From UHGV virus genome UHGV-0145872: a DNA stretch of 41,029 nt; one strand, 5' to 3'. How positions within the stretch are numbered: position 1 is the stretch's first letter; each line of letters begins with the position of its first letter. The notes below the pieces were generated by a model. The model did not search any database and had not been told where the DNA came from. It saw nothing but the letters and a program-made list of their open reading frames with translations. A program made the translations under genes and the position numbers. Source of the DNA: a virus. This document shows, piece by piece, positions 17,001 through 27,645 of this stretch.

Positions 17001-17545
17001 TGGCCAGACGCAGCACAATAGAAAAGCTGCCGGAAGACGTGCGCCGCTGGCTTGAACGGGCGCTGACTGAATCCGGCTTCAGCGGGTATAACGAGCTGGA
17101 GTCCCTGCTGCGTGAGCGGGGGTACGTCATCAGCAAATCCGCTATCCATCGCTATGGACAGAAGATTGAGCGCCGCTATGGTGCTATCCGTGCGGCAACA
17201 GAAGCGGCCCGCATGCTGATCGAAGGCGCAGCAGACGATCAGGATGCGCGTTCGGAGGCTGTGATAGCCCTTATTCAGACCGAGCTGTTCGAGAGTATTG
17301 TCCAGTTGCAGGAGGCGGAAGAAGGCGAAGTCGATCCTAAAGAACGCGTGGCCCTGCTGTCGAAGGTGGCGAAGAATGTGGCTACGCTGTCCCGCGCGTC
17401 CGTCAACCTCAAAAAGTTCCAGTCTGAAGTACGGGCCAGAGCGCAGCAGGCAGCCAGCAACGCCGAGAAAATTGCCCGTAAGGGGGGACTGTCAAGCGAC
17501 GCAGTACAGGCGCTTCGTCGCGAGATTCTGGGGATTGCCACATGA
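17000..17545 (+). CDS. terminase small subunit-like protein (DUF3486 / Mu gp27 analogue)
   Basis: N-terminal HTH-like segment (EKLPEDVRRWLERALTESGFSGYNELESLLRERGYVISKSAIHRYGQ) and coiled-coil C-terminus; immediately upstream of the terminase large subunit. Confidence 0.6.
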   Translation: MARRSTIEKLPEDVRRWLERALTESGFSGYNELESLLRERGYVISKSAIHRYGQKIERRYGAIRAATEAARMLIEGAADDQDARSEAVIALIQTELFESIVQLQEAEEGEVDPKERVALLSKVAKNVATLSRASVNLKKFQSEVRARAQQAASNAEKIARKGGLSSDAVQALRREILGIAT

Positions 17546-19137
17546 CAAAATCATCCGGAGTGATTTTAAACGCCGCTGGCGGCGGCCCCGAAGGGATGAG
17601 TCCCATGGACGGGAGGAATAACCTTGCTCCCGTTTTGCCTGATACCTCGGCGCTGGATGCCCCTCCCGTTCTGTTGCCTTACCAGCAGCGCTGGGTGGCA
17701 GACACCTCTCCGCTTAAGGTGATAGAAAAGAGCCGTCGTACCGGTATTACATGGGCTGAGGCATCCGATAACGTACTGACCGCCGCCTCTTCTGCGCCAG
17801 CAGGCGGGATGAATGTGTATTACATCGCTTATAACCAGGACATGACCGTCGAATACATTCAGGCGTGTGCGATGTGGGCACGGGCATTCAACTATGCGGC
17901 CAGTGAAATTGAAGAAGGATTCTGGGAAGAGGACGACGACGACAAACACATCAAGACTTACACCATCAAATTTCCTGACTCCGGCTTTCGTATTGTTGCG
18001 CTCTCCAGCCGCCCGTCTAACCTGCGTGGCCGTCAGGGTATTATTGTTATCGACGAAGCGGCGTTCCATGAGCAACTGGACGAACTGCTGAAAGCGGCGC
18101 TGGCGATGCTTATCTGGGGGGGAAAGGTACGCGTTATCTCCACCCATGACGGTGACGACAATCCGTTCAATACGCTTATCGGGGATATCCGTGCCGGACG
18201 TCAGGGAGGCAGCATACATCGCATCACTTTCCGGGAAGCCGTATCTGAGGGGCTGTTCCGGCGCGTCTGTCTGCGCACCGGGAAGGAATGGTCGGAGGCA
18301 TCCGAGCAAGCCTGGATGGCATCGGTGTACAAATTCTACGGTGCCGGCGCATCCGAAGAGCTTGACTGTATTCCGGCCAACGGTGGCGGTGCCTGGCTGT
18401 CCCGTGCCCTGATAGAGTCCCGCATGTCCGCTGATACGCCGGTATTGCGTCTGACCTGCAAGGAAGGTTATGAACTGCTGTCTGATGAGGTTCGCTTCCG
18501 CGAGACGCAGGACTGGCTTGATGAGTATCTGAAACCCTTGCTGGAGGCACTCCCCACTGATGCCCGCTCTTTCCTGGGGCGCGACTTTGGCCGTAGCGGT
18601 GATTTGTCGGTGGACTATCCCCTGCTGCAGGAGAAGAACCTGGTACGACGCGTGCCATTCGTACTGGAGCTGCGTAACGTGCCGTTCAGACAGCAGGAGC
18701 AAATCACCTGGTATCTGATGGATGGCCTGCCCGGTCTGCTGGGTGCAGCGTTTGATGCCCGTGGTAATGGTGCCTATCTGGCTGAATACGCCATGCAGCG
18801 CTACGGCTCCAGCCGGGTTCAGCAGGTGATGCCAACCGAAGGCTGGTACCGGGAGCATATGCCTCCGGTCAAAGCTGCACTGGAAGACGGTAACCTGGTG
18901 GACTTACCAAAGGATGAAGACACACTGGATGACCTGCGGGCCGTTCAGGTGGTGAACGGTGTCCCCCGCGTACCGGAGCAACGCTCAAAAGCAAAGGCTG
19001 ACGGTGGTAAACGCCACGGGGATTCAGCCATCGCACTGGCGCTGGCGTATTTCGCCAGCCGTGAAATTAACAAAGGGCCGGTGAAGGCAAGCTCACGCCG
19101 TCGTCGTCAGGCGGCCCGTATGCTGGAGGGATTCTGA
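17542..19137 (+). CDS. terminase large subunit (Mu gp28-like)
   Basis: 531 aa; ATPase-type motifs (GIIVIDEAAFH Walker B-like) followed by a nuclease-like C-terminal domain; gene order. Confidence 0.8.
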   Translation: MTKSSGVILNAAGGGPEGMSPMDGRNNLAPVLPDTSALDAPPVLLPYQQRWVADTSPLKVIEKSRRTGITWAEASDNVLTAASSAPAGGMNVYYIAYNQDMTVEYIQACAMWARAFNYAASEIEEGFWEEDDDDKHIKTYTIKFPDSGFRIVALSSRPSNLRGRQGIIVIDEAAFHEQLDELLKAALAMLIWGGKVRVISTHDGDDNPFNTLIGDIRAGRQGGSIHRITFREAVSEGLFRRVCLRTGKEWSEASEQAWMASVYKFYGAGASEELDCIPANGGGAWLSRALIESRMSADTPVLRLTCKEGYELLSDEVRFRETQDWLDEYLKPLLEALPTDARSFLGRDFGRSGDLSVDYPLLQEKNLVRRVPFVLELRNVPFRQQEQITWYLMDGLPGLLGAAFDARGNGAYLAEYAMQRYGSSRVQQVMPTEGWYREHMPPVKAALEDGNLVDLPKDEDTLDDLRAVQVVNGVPRVPEQRSKAKADGGKRHGDSAIALALAYFASREINKGPVKASSRRRRQAARMLEGF

Positions 19138-20633
19138 TGGCGAGGGGTATCTGGGTTTCACCCGATGAATTTGTTGCTTTTTCTGAGCCTCAGAAATCAC
19201 TGACCGCGCAGATTGCCTCCCGCAGCCGCGCGATCGACTTTTACGGACTGGGCATGTATCTGCCCAATCCTGATCCCATTCTCAAGGCTCAGGGACGGGA
19301 TATCCGTATCTACCGCGAACTGCGCACCGACCCGCTGGTCGGGGGCTGTATCCGCAGACGTAAAGCAGCGCTCAAATCGCTGGAGCGTGGACTGGAGCGT
19401 GGTCACGCCTCTGCCCGGGTCTTCCGTTTCATCCGCGACATGCTCGACGATCTGGATCTGTCCCGCATCATCGGTGAAATGAGCGATGCCGTGCTCTACG
19501 GGTATCAGCCCTGTGAAATCATGTGGGGCCGTTCGGTCAGGTCGTGGGCGGTGACGGATATTGTCGGCAAACCGCCTGAGTGGTTTCAGTTTGATACGGA
19601 CAACTGCCTGCGCTTCCGGGCGCGTGATGCGGGTGTGGAGGGTGAGCTGCTGTCACCGTCAAAATTCGTGGTGCCGGCACAGGATGCCTCGTATGACAAT
19701 CCTTACGGTTTCCCGGACCTGTCCATGTGCTTCTGGCCGGTCGCCTTCAAGAAAGGCGGGATGAAATTCTGGCTCCGCTTTGCCGAAAAGTTTGGCTCCC
19801 CGTGGGTGATCGGTAAGCACCCGAGGGGCGCAAATGATGCAGAGATTGAAAAACTGCTGGACTCCATGGAGCAGATGGTGGAGGACGCGGTGGCCGCCAT
19901 CCCCGATGACAGCAGTATTGAGCTCAGGGCAGCGGATGGCAAGGCAGACAGCAGCGAGGTATTTCGCGAGCTGATCACACTGTCACGCAGTGAGATCTCC
20001 ATTGCATTACTCGGTCAGAATCAGACCACGGAAGCGAACAGTAACAAGGCCTCTGCACAGGCCGGGCTGGAGGTAACGGCTGATATCCGCGATGCGGATG
20101 CGGACATCATTCAGGCGGCAGTGAATCAGGTCATCAGAACGGTGGTCACCCTGAACTTCGGCGATGTGCCGTGTCCGGTCTGGGCCATGTGGGAACAGGA
20201 GGCCATTGATGACACCCGTGCCACCCGCGACGAAAAACTCACCCGGGCGGGTCTGCGTCTGACCCCGCAGTACTTCAAGCGTGAGTACCAACTGCAGGAC
20301 GGCGATATTGACGAGACACCACCGTCGGAACGCCAGAATAACATGCTGCCGCTGTCATTTGCCGAGGCGATTGATGCTGATATTCAGGCTCAGCAGCAGC
20401 TTGACGACGCGCTGGACATTCTGATGAACGGAGGCGCGTTAAATGGCACGCTGGAACCCGTCCTGGCACCTCTGTTCAGGCGGGTCGAAAATGGGGTTAA
20501 CCCGTCTGAGCTGCTGGGCGAACTGGCGGAGCTCTACCCTCAGATGAACACGGACGATCTGCAGGAGCGGCTGGCCCGCATTCTCTTTGTGACAAATATC
20601 TGGGGGCGTCTGCATGAGCGTGACAACGGCTGA
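19137..20633 (+). CDS. portal protein (Mu gp29 / DUF935-like)
   Basis: 498 aa; immediately after the terminase large subunit, before the F-like gene. Confidence 0.75.
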   Translation: MARGIWVSPDEFVAFSEPQKSLTAQIASRSRAIDFYGLGMYLPNPDPILKAQGRDIRIYRELRTDPLVGGCIRRRKAALKSLERGLERGHASARVFRFIRDMLDDLDLSRIIGEMSDAVLYGYQPCEIMWGRSVRSWAVTDIVGKPPEWFQFDTDNCLRFRARDAGVEGELLSPSKFVVPAQDASYDNPYGFPDLSMCFWPVAFKKGGMKFWLRFAEKFGSPWVIGKHPRGANDAEIEKLLDSMEQMVEDAVAAIPDDSSIELRAADGKADSSEVFRELITLSRSEISIALLGQNQTTEANSNKASAQAGLEVTADIRDADADIIQAAVNQVIRTVVTLNFGDVPCPVWAMWEQEAIDDTRATRDEKLTRAGLRLTPQYFKREYQLQDGDIDETPPSERQNNMLPLSFAEAIDADIQAQQQLDDALDILMNGGALNGTLEPVLAPLFRRVENGVNPSELLGELAELYPQMNTDDLQERLARILFVTNIWGRLHERDNG

Positions 20634-21435
20634 ACTGGCGTACTGCATGACGCTTCCCCCGAAGCGGGCAATCAACTACCTGAAGTCCAAAGGGTATCAG
20701 ATTACCTGGGACTGGGAAGAAATGTGGCAGGAGGCCCATGCCCGCGCCTTTACCGTTGCTAAAGTGACCCGCCTGGATATCCTGGAAGATATTCGCGGGG
20801 CACTGCAGCAGGCTGTCGATGAAGGAAAAACCGATCGCTGGTTCCGGCAGGAGCTGGAGCCGGTGCTGAAGCGTAAGGGATGGTGGGGACCACGTGACAC
20901 GACTGACCCGGTAACGGGTGAGCCGGTCACCATTCAGCAGGGCAGTCCGTGGCGGCTCGATACCATCTTTCGCACCAATATGTCCGTACTCTACAGCGCC
21001 GGTCGTTGGGCGGAACAGATGGAAAACGTCGACGACAGGCCGTACTGGATGTATACCGGCATCAACGACAGCCATACCCGCAGGAGCCATCTGGCGCTGC
21101 ATGGTCTGGTGCTGCGCTGGGATGACCCGTTCTGGCAGGCATTTTACCCGCCGAACGGCTGGCGCTGCCGCTGTAGTGTGATTGCCCTGAGTGCGGCGGA
21201 TGTACGTGCCCGTGGCCTGAAGGTTATCAGCTCCGGCTCTGCCATGGGCCAGGAACTGAAACTGGTCTCAGAGAAAACCGGCGAAATGCGGAACGTGGCC
21301 ACCTTTAATACCGGCACCACGAAGGTGACCACCGACGTCGGCTGGTCTTATGCACCGGGGGCAGCATACCGTCCCGACCTGGCCCGCTATCAGGGTACGC
21401 TTCAGCCACTGGCACAACAGGAACTGAGAGGATAA
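20614..21435 (+). CDS. head morphogenesis protein (Mu F-like)
   Basis: 273 aa; position after portal; sequence resembles the Mu F minor head protein family (recalled). Confidence 0.7.
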   Translation: MSVTTAELAYCMTLPPKRAINYLKSKGYQITWDWEEMWQEAHARAFTVAKVTRLDILEDIRGALQQAVDEGKTDRWFRQELEPVLKRKGWWGPRDTTDPVTGEPVTIQQGSPWRLDTIFRTNMSVLYSAGRWAEQMENVDDRPYWMYTGINDSHTRRSHLALHGLVLRWDDPFWQAFYPPNGWRCRCSVIALSAADVRARGLKVISSGSAMGQELKLVSEKTGEMRNVATFNTGTTKVTTDVGWSYAPGAAYRPDLARYQGTLQPLAQQELRG

Positions 21436-21437
21436 CA

Positions 21438-21896
21438 ATGGCTTCCGATAACCTGGTCAGTATCACCATTAACGATAAATCCCTGCGCCGGAGCCTCCGT
21501 GCGCTGGATCTTGCTGCCACAGACCTGGAGCCCGCGATGCGCAAAATCGCCGGAACCCTGCTGGCGGAAACACAGTTTAACTTTCTTGATGAGGGGCGTC
21601 CGGGGTGGATGCCCTCGCTGGCAGCGGAAGAACGTGACGGGCAGACACTGCAGGATACCGGGCGTCTGATGGGGTCAGTATCAACCGACCATGACGACCG
21701 GCAGGCTGTTGTGGGGACCAACGTTGTTTACGGTGCCATTCACCAGTTCGGGGGTAAAACGGGGCGTAATGAGTCTGTTGAACTTCCGGCCCGCCCGTTC
21801 CTGCCGGTGACGGGGGATGGAGAACTACAGCCTGAAGTGGTAATCCCCATCCTCGATACCATTGTCCGCCATCTTGAATCAGCGGCCCGTCGCTGA
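21438..21896 (+). CDS. virion morphogenesis protein (Mu G-like)
   Basis: 152 aa; position between the F-like gene and the I-like protease/scaffold gene. Confidence 0.55.
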   Translation: MASDNLVSITINDKSLRRSLRALDLAATDLEPAMRKIAGTLLAETQFNFLDEGRPGWMPSLAAEERDGQTLQDTGRLMGSVSTDHDDRQAVVGTNVVYGAIHQFGGKTGRNESVELPARPFLPVTGDGELQPEVVIPILDTIVRHLESAARR

Positions 21897-22110
21897 GTTT
21901 TCTCTCTTCAGGCGGGTGATTTATCATTGCCAGAGAATGAGGGGCTGTATTACCTTTATAAAGGCTTTACAGCCTCTGTTTTATAACCGCCTCCGGTTCA
22001 CCGCATTGCTTTCCCTGTCCTTCTCCCCTGATGTTTTCTAAAGCAGATTAAAATCGCCGGGCCTGCATTTCTCACAAACTGTCTCCGACAACATAACGCG
22101 GGACAGCAAA

Positions 22111-23226
22111 ATGTCAGCCATTCACATTTTTAAAGCCGGTACTCATACCGATATGCACGGCAAAAAACTGCCGTTCACGCCAGACGATCTTGCCGCCTGC
22201 GTGAAAGCCTATGACCCGTCCGTCCATGAAGCACCACTCGTGATTGGTCATCCCAGAACGGAAGACCCGGCGTGGGGCTGGGTGAAAGCCCTGTCGCTCA
22301 GCGGCGTCGATCTGATGGCAGAGCCTGCCCAGCTGGACCCGCAGTTTGCTGAGATGGTCACCGACGGACGATTCAAAAAAGTGTCCGCCTCTTTCTACCT
22401 CCCGGATTCACCGTCCAATCCGAAGCCCGGCGTGCTCTACCTTCGCCATGTGGGCTTTCTCGGGGCACAGCCACCTTCCATCAAGGGGCTGAAACAGGTG
22501 TCCTTCAGTGAGCAGGAAGAAGGTGTGGTGGAGTTCGCCGACTGGCAGGCCATCACGAATGCCTCCCTGTGGGGAAAGCTGCGCGATTTTCTGATCGCCC
22601 GCTTCAGTCTGGACGAGGCAGAAAAAGTCCTGCCGGAATGGCAGCTCAACAGTCTGCGCGAAGAGGCGTACCGCGACACACTGTCGCAGGATGCAGCAGG
22701 TGCACAATTCAGTGAGACAGGCCCGGGGCCGTCTTCCGCAAGTAACGAGGAATCATCGATGACAAAAGAAGAGATTGAAACCCTTCAGGAGGAGAACCGC
22801 CGCCTGAAGCAGCAGGCTGCTGATCGCGATGCGCGTGATGCACAGGTCAGACAGGAGCAACTGCATAAGGACAATGTGGCCTTTGCAGAAAAACTGGTCG
22901 CAGAGGGCCGTCTGGCTCCCCGCGCCTCCTCCGTGGTGGTTGCCCTGCTGGATGCCGTCGCCGGTGGCGACAAGCCGGTGGAGTTTGCTGAGGGGGAAAG
23001 CCGCACACCGCTGGCCACCGCCTTTCGTTCATTGCTCTCCGACGGGGAGCCGGTGATGAATTTCGCCGAACAGGCCACAAAAGAGCGTGTCGGCGACACG
23101 GTGAAGGTGGATGTGGCAGAGTTTGCGGAAGCCGATCCTGAGCGTCTGGCCCTGCATCAGAAAGCAGTGGCCCTGTCCAAAAAAGAAGGCATCAGCTATG
23201 AGGCTGCTGTCGCACGCTGCCTGTAA
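22111..23226 (+). CDS. head protease/scaffold protein (Mu I-like)
   Basis: 371 aa; N-terminal domain plus acidic coiled-coil C-terminal half typical of scaffolds; immediately upstream of the major capsid gene. Confidence 0.7.
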   Translation: MSAIHIFKAGTHTDMHGKKLPFTPDDLAACVKAYDPSVHEAPLVIGHPRTEDPAWGWVKALSLSGVDLMAEPAQLDPQFAEMVTDGRFKKVSASFYLPDSPSNPKPGVLYLRHVGFLGAQPPSIKGLKQVSFSEQEEGVVEFADWQAITNASLWGKLRDFLIARFSLDEAEKVLPEWQLNSLREEAYRDTLSQDAAGAQFSETGPGPSSASNEESSMTKEEIETLQEENRRLKQQAADRDARDAQVRQEQLHKDNVAFAEKLVAEGRLAPRASSVVVALLDAVAGGDKPVEFAEGESRTPLATAFRSLLSDGEPVMNFAEQATKERVGDTVKVDVAEFAEADPERLALHQKAVALSKKEGISYEAAVARCL

Positions 23227-23240
23227 TTTAAGGAGAGAGC

Positions 23241-24194
23241 ATGTCTGATTACTTAAAAGGTAAACGTGTCGTTGATCCGGTACTGACCAGTATCGCCCGT
23301 GGCTATAAAAATGCCGCATTCATCGGCGAACGTATTTTCCCCGTCGTGCTGACGGACAAGGAAGGCGTGCGTGTACCGACCTTCGGGAAAACCGCCTTTG
23401 TGGAATATGACACCGAGCGTGCCGTCGGGGCGGACAGCAATGTTCTGGTCCGTGAAAAAACAGGCACGCTGGACCTGGTGCTGGGTGAACACGATCTGGC
23501 TGCGCCGGTGGACTATCGCGAGCAGGCGGAGTCCATGTTTAACGAAGAGAGCAAGGCCATCCGTCGCGCCACGAATGGCGTGAACCTGCGCCGTGAACTT
23601 ATCGCTGCCCGTCTGGCTCAGGATGAAAAGGTCTACCGTACCGGGCACGTCAAAAAACTGACAGCCAGTGATCGCTGGGCCGGTGGTAAGGGGGACCCCA
23701 TCGGGGTGATTGAAGCCGGTATGGAAGCGGTCCGTACGGCCACGGGGCTGCGTCCTAACCTGATGACCATGGGGGCCGGCGTGATGGCGCTGCTGAAGTT
23801 CCACCCGGCGATTCAGGCCGCCATCGGAGCCAACGAACGCAAGCGCATCACCACAGAAATCCTGCAGGACCTCTTTCAGATCGAAGAGATCGTCATCGGT
23901 GCCCCAGTCTCCCTGCCGTCCATGAAAGCGGCAATGGATAAGAACAGCGTGCCGGCGGATATCTGGGGAGACAATCTGATGCTGCACTATGTCGGCAAAC
24001 CGCAGCCGGGGGCGGACAGCGCGGACGAGAACGAGCCGTCCTTCGGCTACACCCTGCGTCGTAAGGGGATGCCTGTTGCCGACAAATACGACGGAGCCGG
24101 TGGCAAGGTGAAGTACTGCCGTTATACCGATATCTACAAAGTCGCCGTGGTTGGTGGCGATGCCGGGTATCTCATTACCGGTATCAGTAAATAA
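23241..24194 (+). CDS. major capsid protein (Mu T-like)
   Basis: 317 aa; strong GGAG RBS; position after protease/scaffold. Confidence 0.75.
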   Translation: MSDYLKGKRVVDPVLTSIARGYKNAAFIGERIFPVVLTDKEGVRVPTFGKTAFVEYDTERAVGADSNVLVREKTGTLDLVLGEHDLAAPVDYREQAESMFNEESKAIRRATNGVNLRRELIAARLAQDEKVYRTGHVKKLTASDRWAGGKGDPIGVIEAGMEAVRTATGLRPNLMTMGAGVMALLKFHPAIQAAIGANERKRITTEILQDLFQIEEIVIGAPVSLPSMKAAMDKNSVPADIWGDNLMLHYVGKPQPGADSADENEPSFGYTLRRKGMPVADKYDGAGGKVKYCRYTDIYKVAVVGGDAGYLITGISK

Positions 24195-24203
24195 GGAGGC
24201 GTT

Positions 24204-24542
24204 ATGGGAACCACTCAGCAGGTCATTCTGATCACAACCGTAACGGCAGGGGCAGCACTGGCACAGCAGCGTTTTGTCGGGGCAGATAATACCCCCTGTA
24301 AAGCCGGTGCCGCAGCGCTCGGGGTTGCCGAAGTGGATGCTGTTACCGGCGACAGCACGCCGGTGAGCGTTCTGGGCATTATTGCTGTCGAGGCCGGGGC
24401 CGCTGTCAGCCGTGGTGTGGCTGTTCAGTCAGATGCTCAGGCCAGAGCCGTGCCGCAGTCCGGCGACGGTAAATCCTGTGGTATTGCACTTGATGAAGCC
24501 GGGGGTGAAGGCGACGTCATTCGTATCCTGCGCGGGGTGTGA
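24204..24542 (+). CDS. small Gly/Ala/Val-rich head protein (DUF2190-like)
   Basis: 112 aa; low-complexity G/A/V-rich composition typical of small head-associated proteins after the capsid gene. Confidence 0.45.
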   Translation: MGTTQQVILITTVTAGAALAQQRFVGADNTPCKAGAAALGVAEVDAVTGDSTPVSVLGIIAVEAGAAVSRGVAVQSDAQARAVPQSGDGKSCGIALDEAGGEGDVIRILRGV

Positions 24543-24543
24543 C

Positions 24544-24990
24544 ATGTACTGCACCCTGGAGGATTTGCTTGCGCAGGTGCCGGAGCGGACGCTTATCGAA
24601 CTCACCAGTGAAGAGATGGACTTCGACTCGCCTGCAACAGTGAATACCCGTGTGGTGGACAGCTGTATCCGCTATGCCGACGAGCTGATTGATGCCCATC
24701 TGCGCGGACGCTATATCCTGCCACTGGCAGAGATACCGACTGTTCTGCGGGACATTGCCATCACGCTGGTCCGTTACCGGCTCTACGCCCGCCGCCCGGA
24801 AGGTGACCTCCCGGATACGGTGAAGGATGACCACAAAGAAGCGCTGCGGCAACTCAGGGAGTTACGTGATAACAGGCTCACGCTGGGGCTGCCGTCCACT
24901 CAGAAAGATGTGCCTGAGCCTGGCGAGTTTCGTGTACGCAGTCGCCCGGCCACTTTCGGCGGTCGTGACGGTTTACTGGAGAAATACTGA
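24544..24990 (+). CDS. head-tail joining protein (Mu gp36 / DUF1320-like)
   Basis: About 148 aa starting at ATG 24544; position and size. Confidence 0.5.
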   Translation: MYCTLEDLLAQVPERTLIELTSEEMDFDSPATVNTRVVDSCIRYADELIDAHLRGRYILPLAEIPTVLRDIAITLVRYRLYARRPEGDLPDTVKDDHKEALRQLRELRDNRLTLGLPSTQKDVPEPGEFRVRSRPATFGGRDGLLEKY

Positions 24991-25454
24991 TGAACGTTCT
25001 GCCCGTCCTTGATGCGGTGCTGGCCCGGTTACGCGAGAAGCTGCCGCAACTGCAGGTGGAGTACTTCCCGGAGAAACCGGCTGAATATCGCCTGAACCAT
25101 CCGGTTGGCGCGTTGCTGCTGAGCTATGCCGGTTCGCGCTTTGACAGGCCGGATGATACCGGTGCGGTGATCCAGTCTCAGACTATCCAGCTCTGCGTCA
25201 CGGTGGTCTTCCGCCAGCTCAACGGTAAAAAAGGGGCGATTAATGTCCTGGATGCTGTCCGCCGCATTCTCGGTGGCCACACCCCGCCCGGGTGCCGCTG
25301 CCGTATCTGGCTGACCCGCGAGGTGTTTATCGGTGAAGTCAGGGGGCTGTGGCAATACGCCCTCGACTTCGCGACTGAAAGCATCTTTATCGAAGACAGC
25401 GATTTACCGTCCGGCCCGCTGTTAACCGAAGTGAACTATGAGGAAAGCGAGTGA
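24990..25454 (+). CDS. head-tail joining protein (Mu gp37-like)
   Basis: 154 aa; translationally coupled to neighbours. Confidence 0.5.
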   Translation: MNVLPVLDAVLARLREKLPQLQVEYFPEKPAEYRLNHPVGALLLSYAGSRFDRPDDTGAVIQSQTIQLCVTVVFRQLNGKKGAINVLDAVRRILGGHTPPGCRCRIWLTREVFIGEVRGLWQYALDFATESIFIEDSDLPSGPLLTEVNYEESE

Positions 25455-25705
25455 TGAAAGAATACCGCTATTCCGGCCCGGCCAGCGGCGTCACGCTGTC
25501 GGACGGAACCGAAATCCTGCTCTGGCCGGGGAAGACGGTTTCCCTGCCGGAGGAGCATGACTACGTGAAGGTACTGGTGGCGCTGAAGCATCTGACGCCG
25601 GTACCAGAAGATACTAAACCCGCCGTCACACCGGCTGTGCAGTCACCAAAGCGCAGAAGCAGCAGTGACAGCGAAGTGAAAACGGAGGACGCCCATGGCA
25701 GCTAA
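25451..25705 (+). CDS. small conserved phage protein (84 aa)
   Basis: ORF translationally coupled between gp37-like gene and sheath gene. Confidence 0.4.
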   Translation: MMKEYRYSGPASGVTLSDGTEILLWPGKTVSLPEEHDYVKVLVALKHLTPVPEDTKPAVTPAVQSPKRRSSSDSEVKTEDAHGS

Positions 25706-27122
25706 CTATCTGCATGGTCCCGAAACCATTGAGGTGGAAAACGGAGCCCGCCCGGTTAAAACGGTGAAATCTGCCGTTATTGGCCTGATTGGTACCGCCC
25801 CGATGGGGGATGTCAATACGCTGGTACAGTGCCTGTCTGAGAAAGACGCAGCGGCATTTGGCAGCCAGTTCACCGGCTTTACCATTCCGCAGGCGCTGGA
25901 TGCGATTTATGACCATGGTGCAGGTACCGTTCTGGTCATTAACGTCCTCGACCCGGCGAAACATAAAACGGCGATCGAGGATGAGGTGGTTACCTTTGAC
26001 AAATCGACAGGGCAGGCCAGACTGGCGCATCCGGTTGTCGCTAATGTGGTGGTGAAAAACAGTGAAGGCAGCACCACCCACACGGCGAACACGGACTACC
26101 GTGTTGATGCGCAGGCGGGTGTGCTCACGAACCTGGGCAAGGCTATTGAGGCCGGTGGCAGCGTGAAGGTGAGCTATGAGTACGCGGACCCGTCGAAGGT
26201 GACTGCGGCGGACATCATCGGCGGGGTGAACAGCGCCGGAAACCGAACCGGCATGAAGCTGCTTAACGACAGCTTCAACCTGTACGGCTATTTCGCCAAA
26301 ATTCTGATTGCGCCGGTGTTCTGCACCCAGAAGAGTGTCGCAGTTGAGCTTATCGCCATGGCAGAGAAGCTGGGCGCGGTAACCTACATTGATGCGCCTG
26401 TCGGTACCACCTTTGCACAGGCTCTGGCAGGTCGTGGCCCGGAAGGCACCATCAACTTCAATACCAGCTCCGACCGCGTCCGTCTGTGCTATCCGCATGT
26501 GAAGGTATATGACCCGGTGACAAACACAGAGCGTCTGGAGCCGCTCAGCCAGCGTGCAGCAGGTCTGCGTGCCAGAGTCGATCTGGACAAGGGCTACTGG
26601 TGGTCATCCTCCAATCAGGAGATTCTGGGGATCACCGGCGTGGAGCGCCAGCTGTCCGCGATGATTGATGACCCGCAGAGTGAGGTGAACCTGCTTAACG
26701 AACAGGGGATCACCACGGTATTCAGCAGTTACGGCAGCGGCCTTCGTCTGTGGGGTAACCGGACGGCAGCATGGCCAACGGTCACCCATATGCGTAACTT
26801 TGAGAACGTTCGCCGCACCGGTGATGTGATCAACGAGTCCATTCGTTATTTCAGCCAGCAGTACATCGACATGCCGATTACTCAGGCGCTGATTGATGCA
26901 CTGACGGAGTCGGTCAACGCCTACGGTCGCAAAATGACTGGTGATGGTGCGGTACTGGGCTTCCGTTGCTGGTTTGATCCGGCCCGCAATCCGGAGACGG
27001 AGCTGGCCGCCGGGCACCTGTTGCTGAGCTACAAATATACGCCACCACCGCCGCTGGAGCGACTGACGTTTGAGACTGAGATCACCTCGGAATACCTGTT
27101 AACCCTGAAAGGGGGCAACTGA
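25695..27122 (+). CDS. contractile tail sheath protein (Mu L-like)
   Basis: 475 aa; followed directly by the tube gene; size typical of sheath proteins. Confidence 0.8.
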   Translation: MAANYLHGPETIEVENGARPVKTVKSAVIGLIGTAPMGDVNTLVQCLSEKDAAAFGSQFTGFTIPQALDAIYDHGAGTVLVINVLDPAKHKTAIEDEVVTFDKSTGQARLAHPVVANVVVKNSEGSTTHTANTDYRVDAQAGVLTNLGKAIEAGGSVKVSYEYADPSKVTAADIIGGVNSAGNRTGMKLLNDSFNLYGYFAKILIAPVFCTQKSVAVELIAMAEKLGAVTYIDAPVGTTFAQALAGRGPEGTINFNTSSDRVRLCYPHVKVYDPVTNTERLEPLSQRAAGLRARVDLDKGYWWSSSNQEILGITGVERQLSAMIDDPQSEVNLLNEQGITTVFSSYGSGLRLWGNRTAAWPTVTHMRNFENVRRTGDVINESIRYFSQQYIDMPITQALIDALTESVNAYGRKMTGDGAVLGFRCWFDPARNPETELAAGHLLLSYKYTPPPPLERLTFETEITSEYLLTLKGGN

Positions 27123-27643
27123 TGTCAAAGATTGAGATAAACCGCATCACGAATGCCAACATCTATCTGGATGGTACTAACCTGCTGGGACGGGCTGAGG
27201 AAGTCAAACTCCCCGATGTCTCCATGATTATGCAGGAACACAAGGCGCTGGGGATGGTGGGTAAGGTGGAACTCCCGGCTGGTTTTGACAAGCTGGAAGG
27301 CGAAATCAAATGGAACAGCTTTTACCGCGATGCGATGCTGTCTGCCGCGAACCCGTACAGGTCGCTGGCACTGCAGTGTCGTTCCAGCGTCCAGCGCTAC
27401 AGCTCGCAGGGGCTGATTGACGAAATCCCGCTGGTCACCTTCCTGACGATTATGTTCAAGAAGAACCCGCTGGGGACGTTCAAACAGCACGAGAACGCCG
27501 AGTTCTCCAGTAGCTTCACCTGCACGTATATCAGACAGGTACTGGATGGTGAAGAGCTGCTGCAACTGGACTATCTGGCCAACATCTTCCGGGTCGGCGG
27601 TGTTGATCAACTGACTGACTACCGTATCAATATCGGGGGCTGA
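27122..27643 (+). CDS. tail tube protein (Mu M-like)
   Basis: 173 aa; immediately after sheath. Confidence 0.7.
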   Translation: MSKIEINRITNANIYLDGTNLLGRAEEVKLPDVSMIMQEHKALGMVGKVELPAGFDKLEGEIKWNSFYRDAMLSAANPYRSLALQCRSSVQRYSSQGLIDEIPLVTFLTIMFKKNPLGTFKQHENAEFSSSFTCTYIRQVLDGEELLQLDYLANIFRVGGVDQLTDYRINIGG

Positions 27644-27645
27644 CG

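Noticed and set aside
17566-18858. 430 aa ORF on the minus strand
   Set aside because: Lies entirely antisense to the terminase large subunit gene in GC-rich DNA; no RBS or motif; classic shadow ORF
23253-23987. 244 aa minus-strand ORF
   Set aside because: Antisense to the major capsid gene; no start or RBS support
25626-26498. 290 aa minus-strand ORF
   Set aside because: Antisense to the tail sheath gene; GC-rich shadow frame
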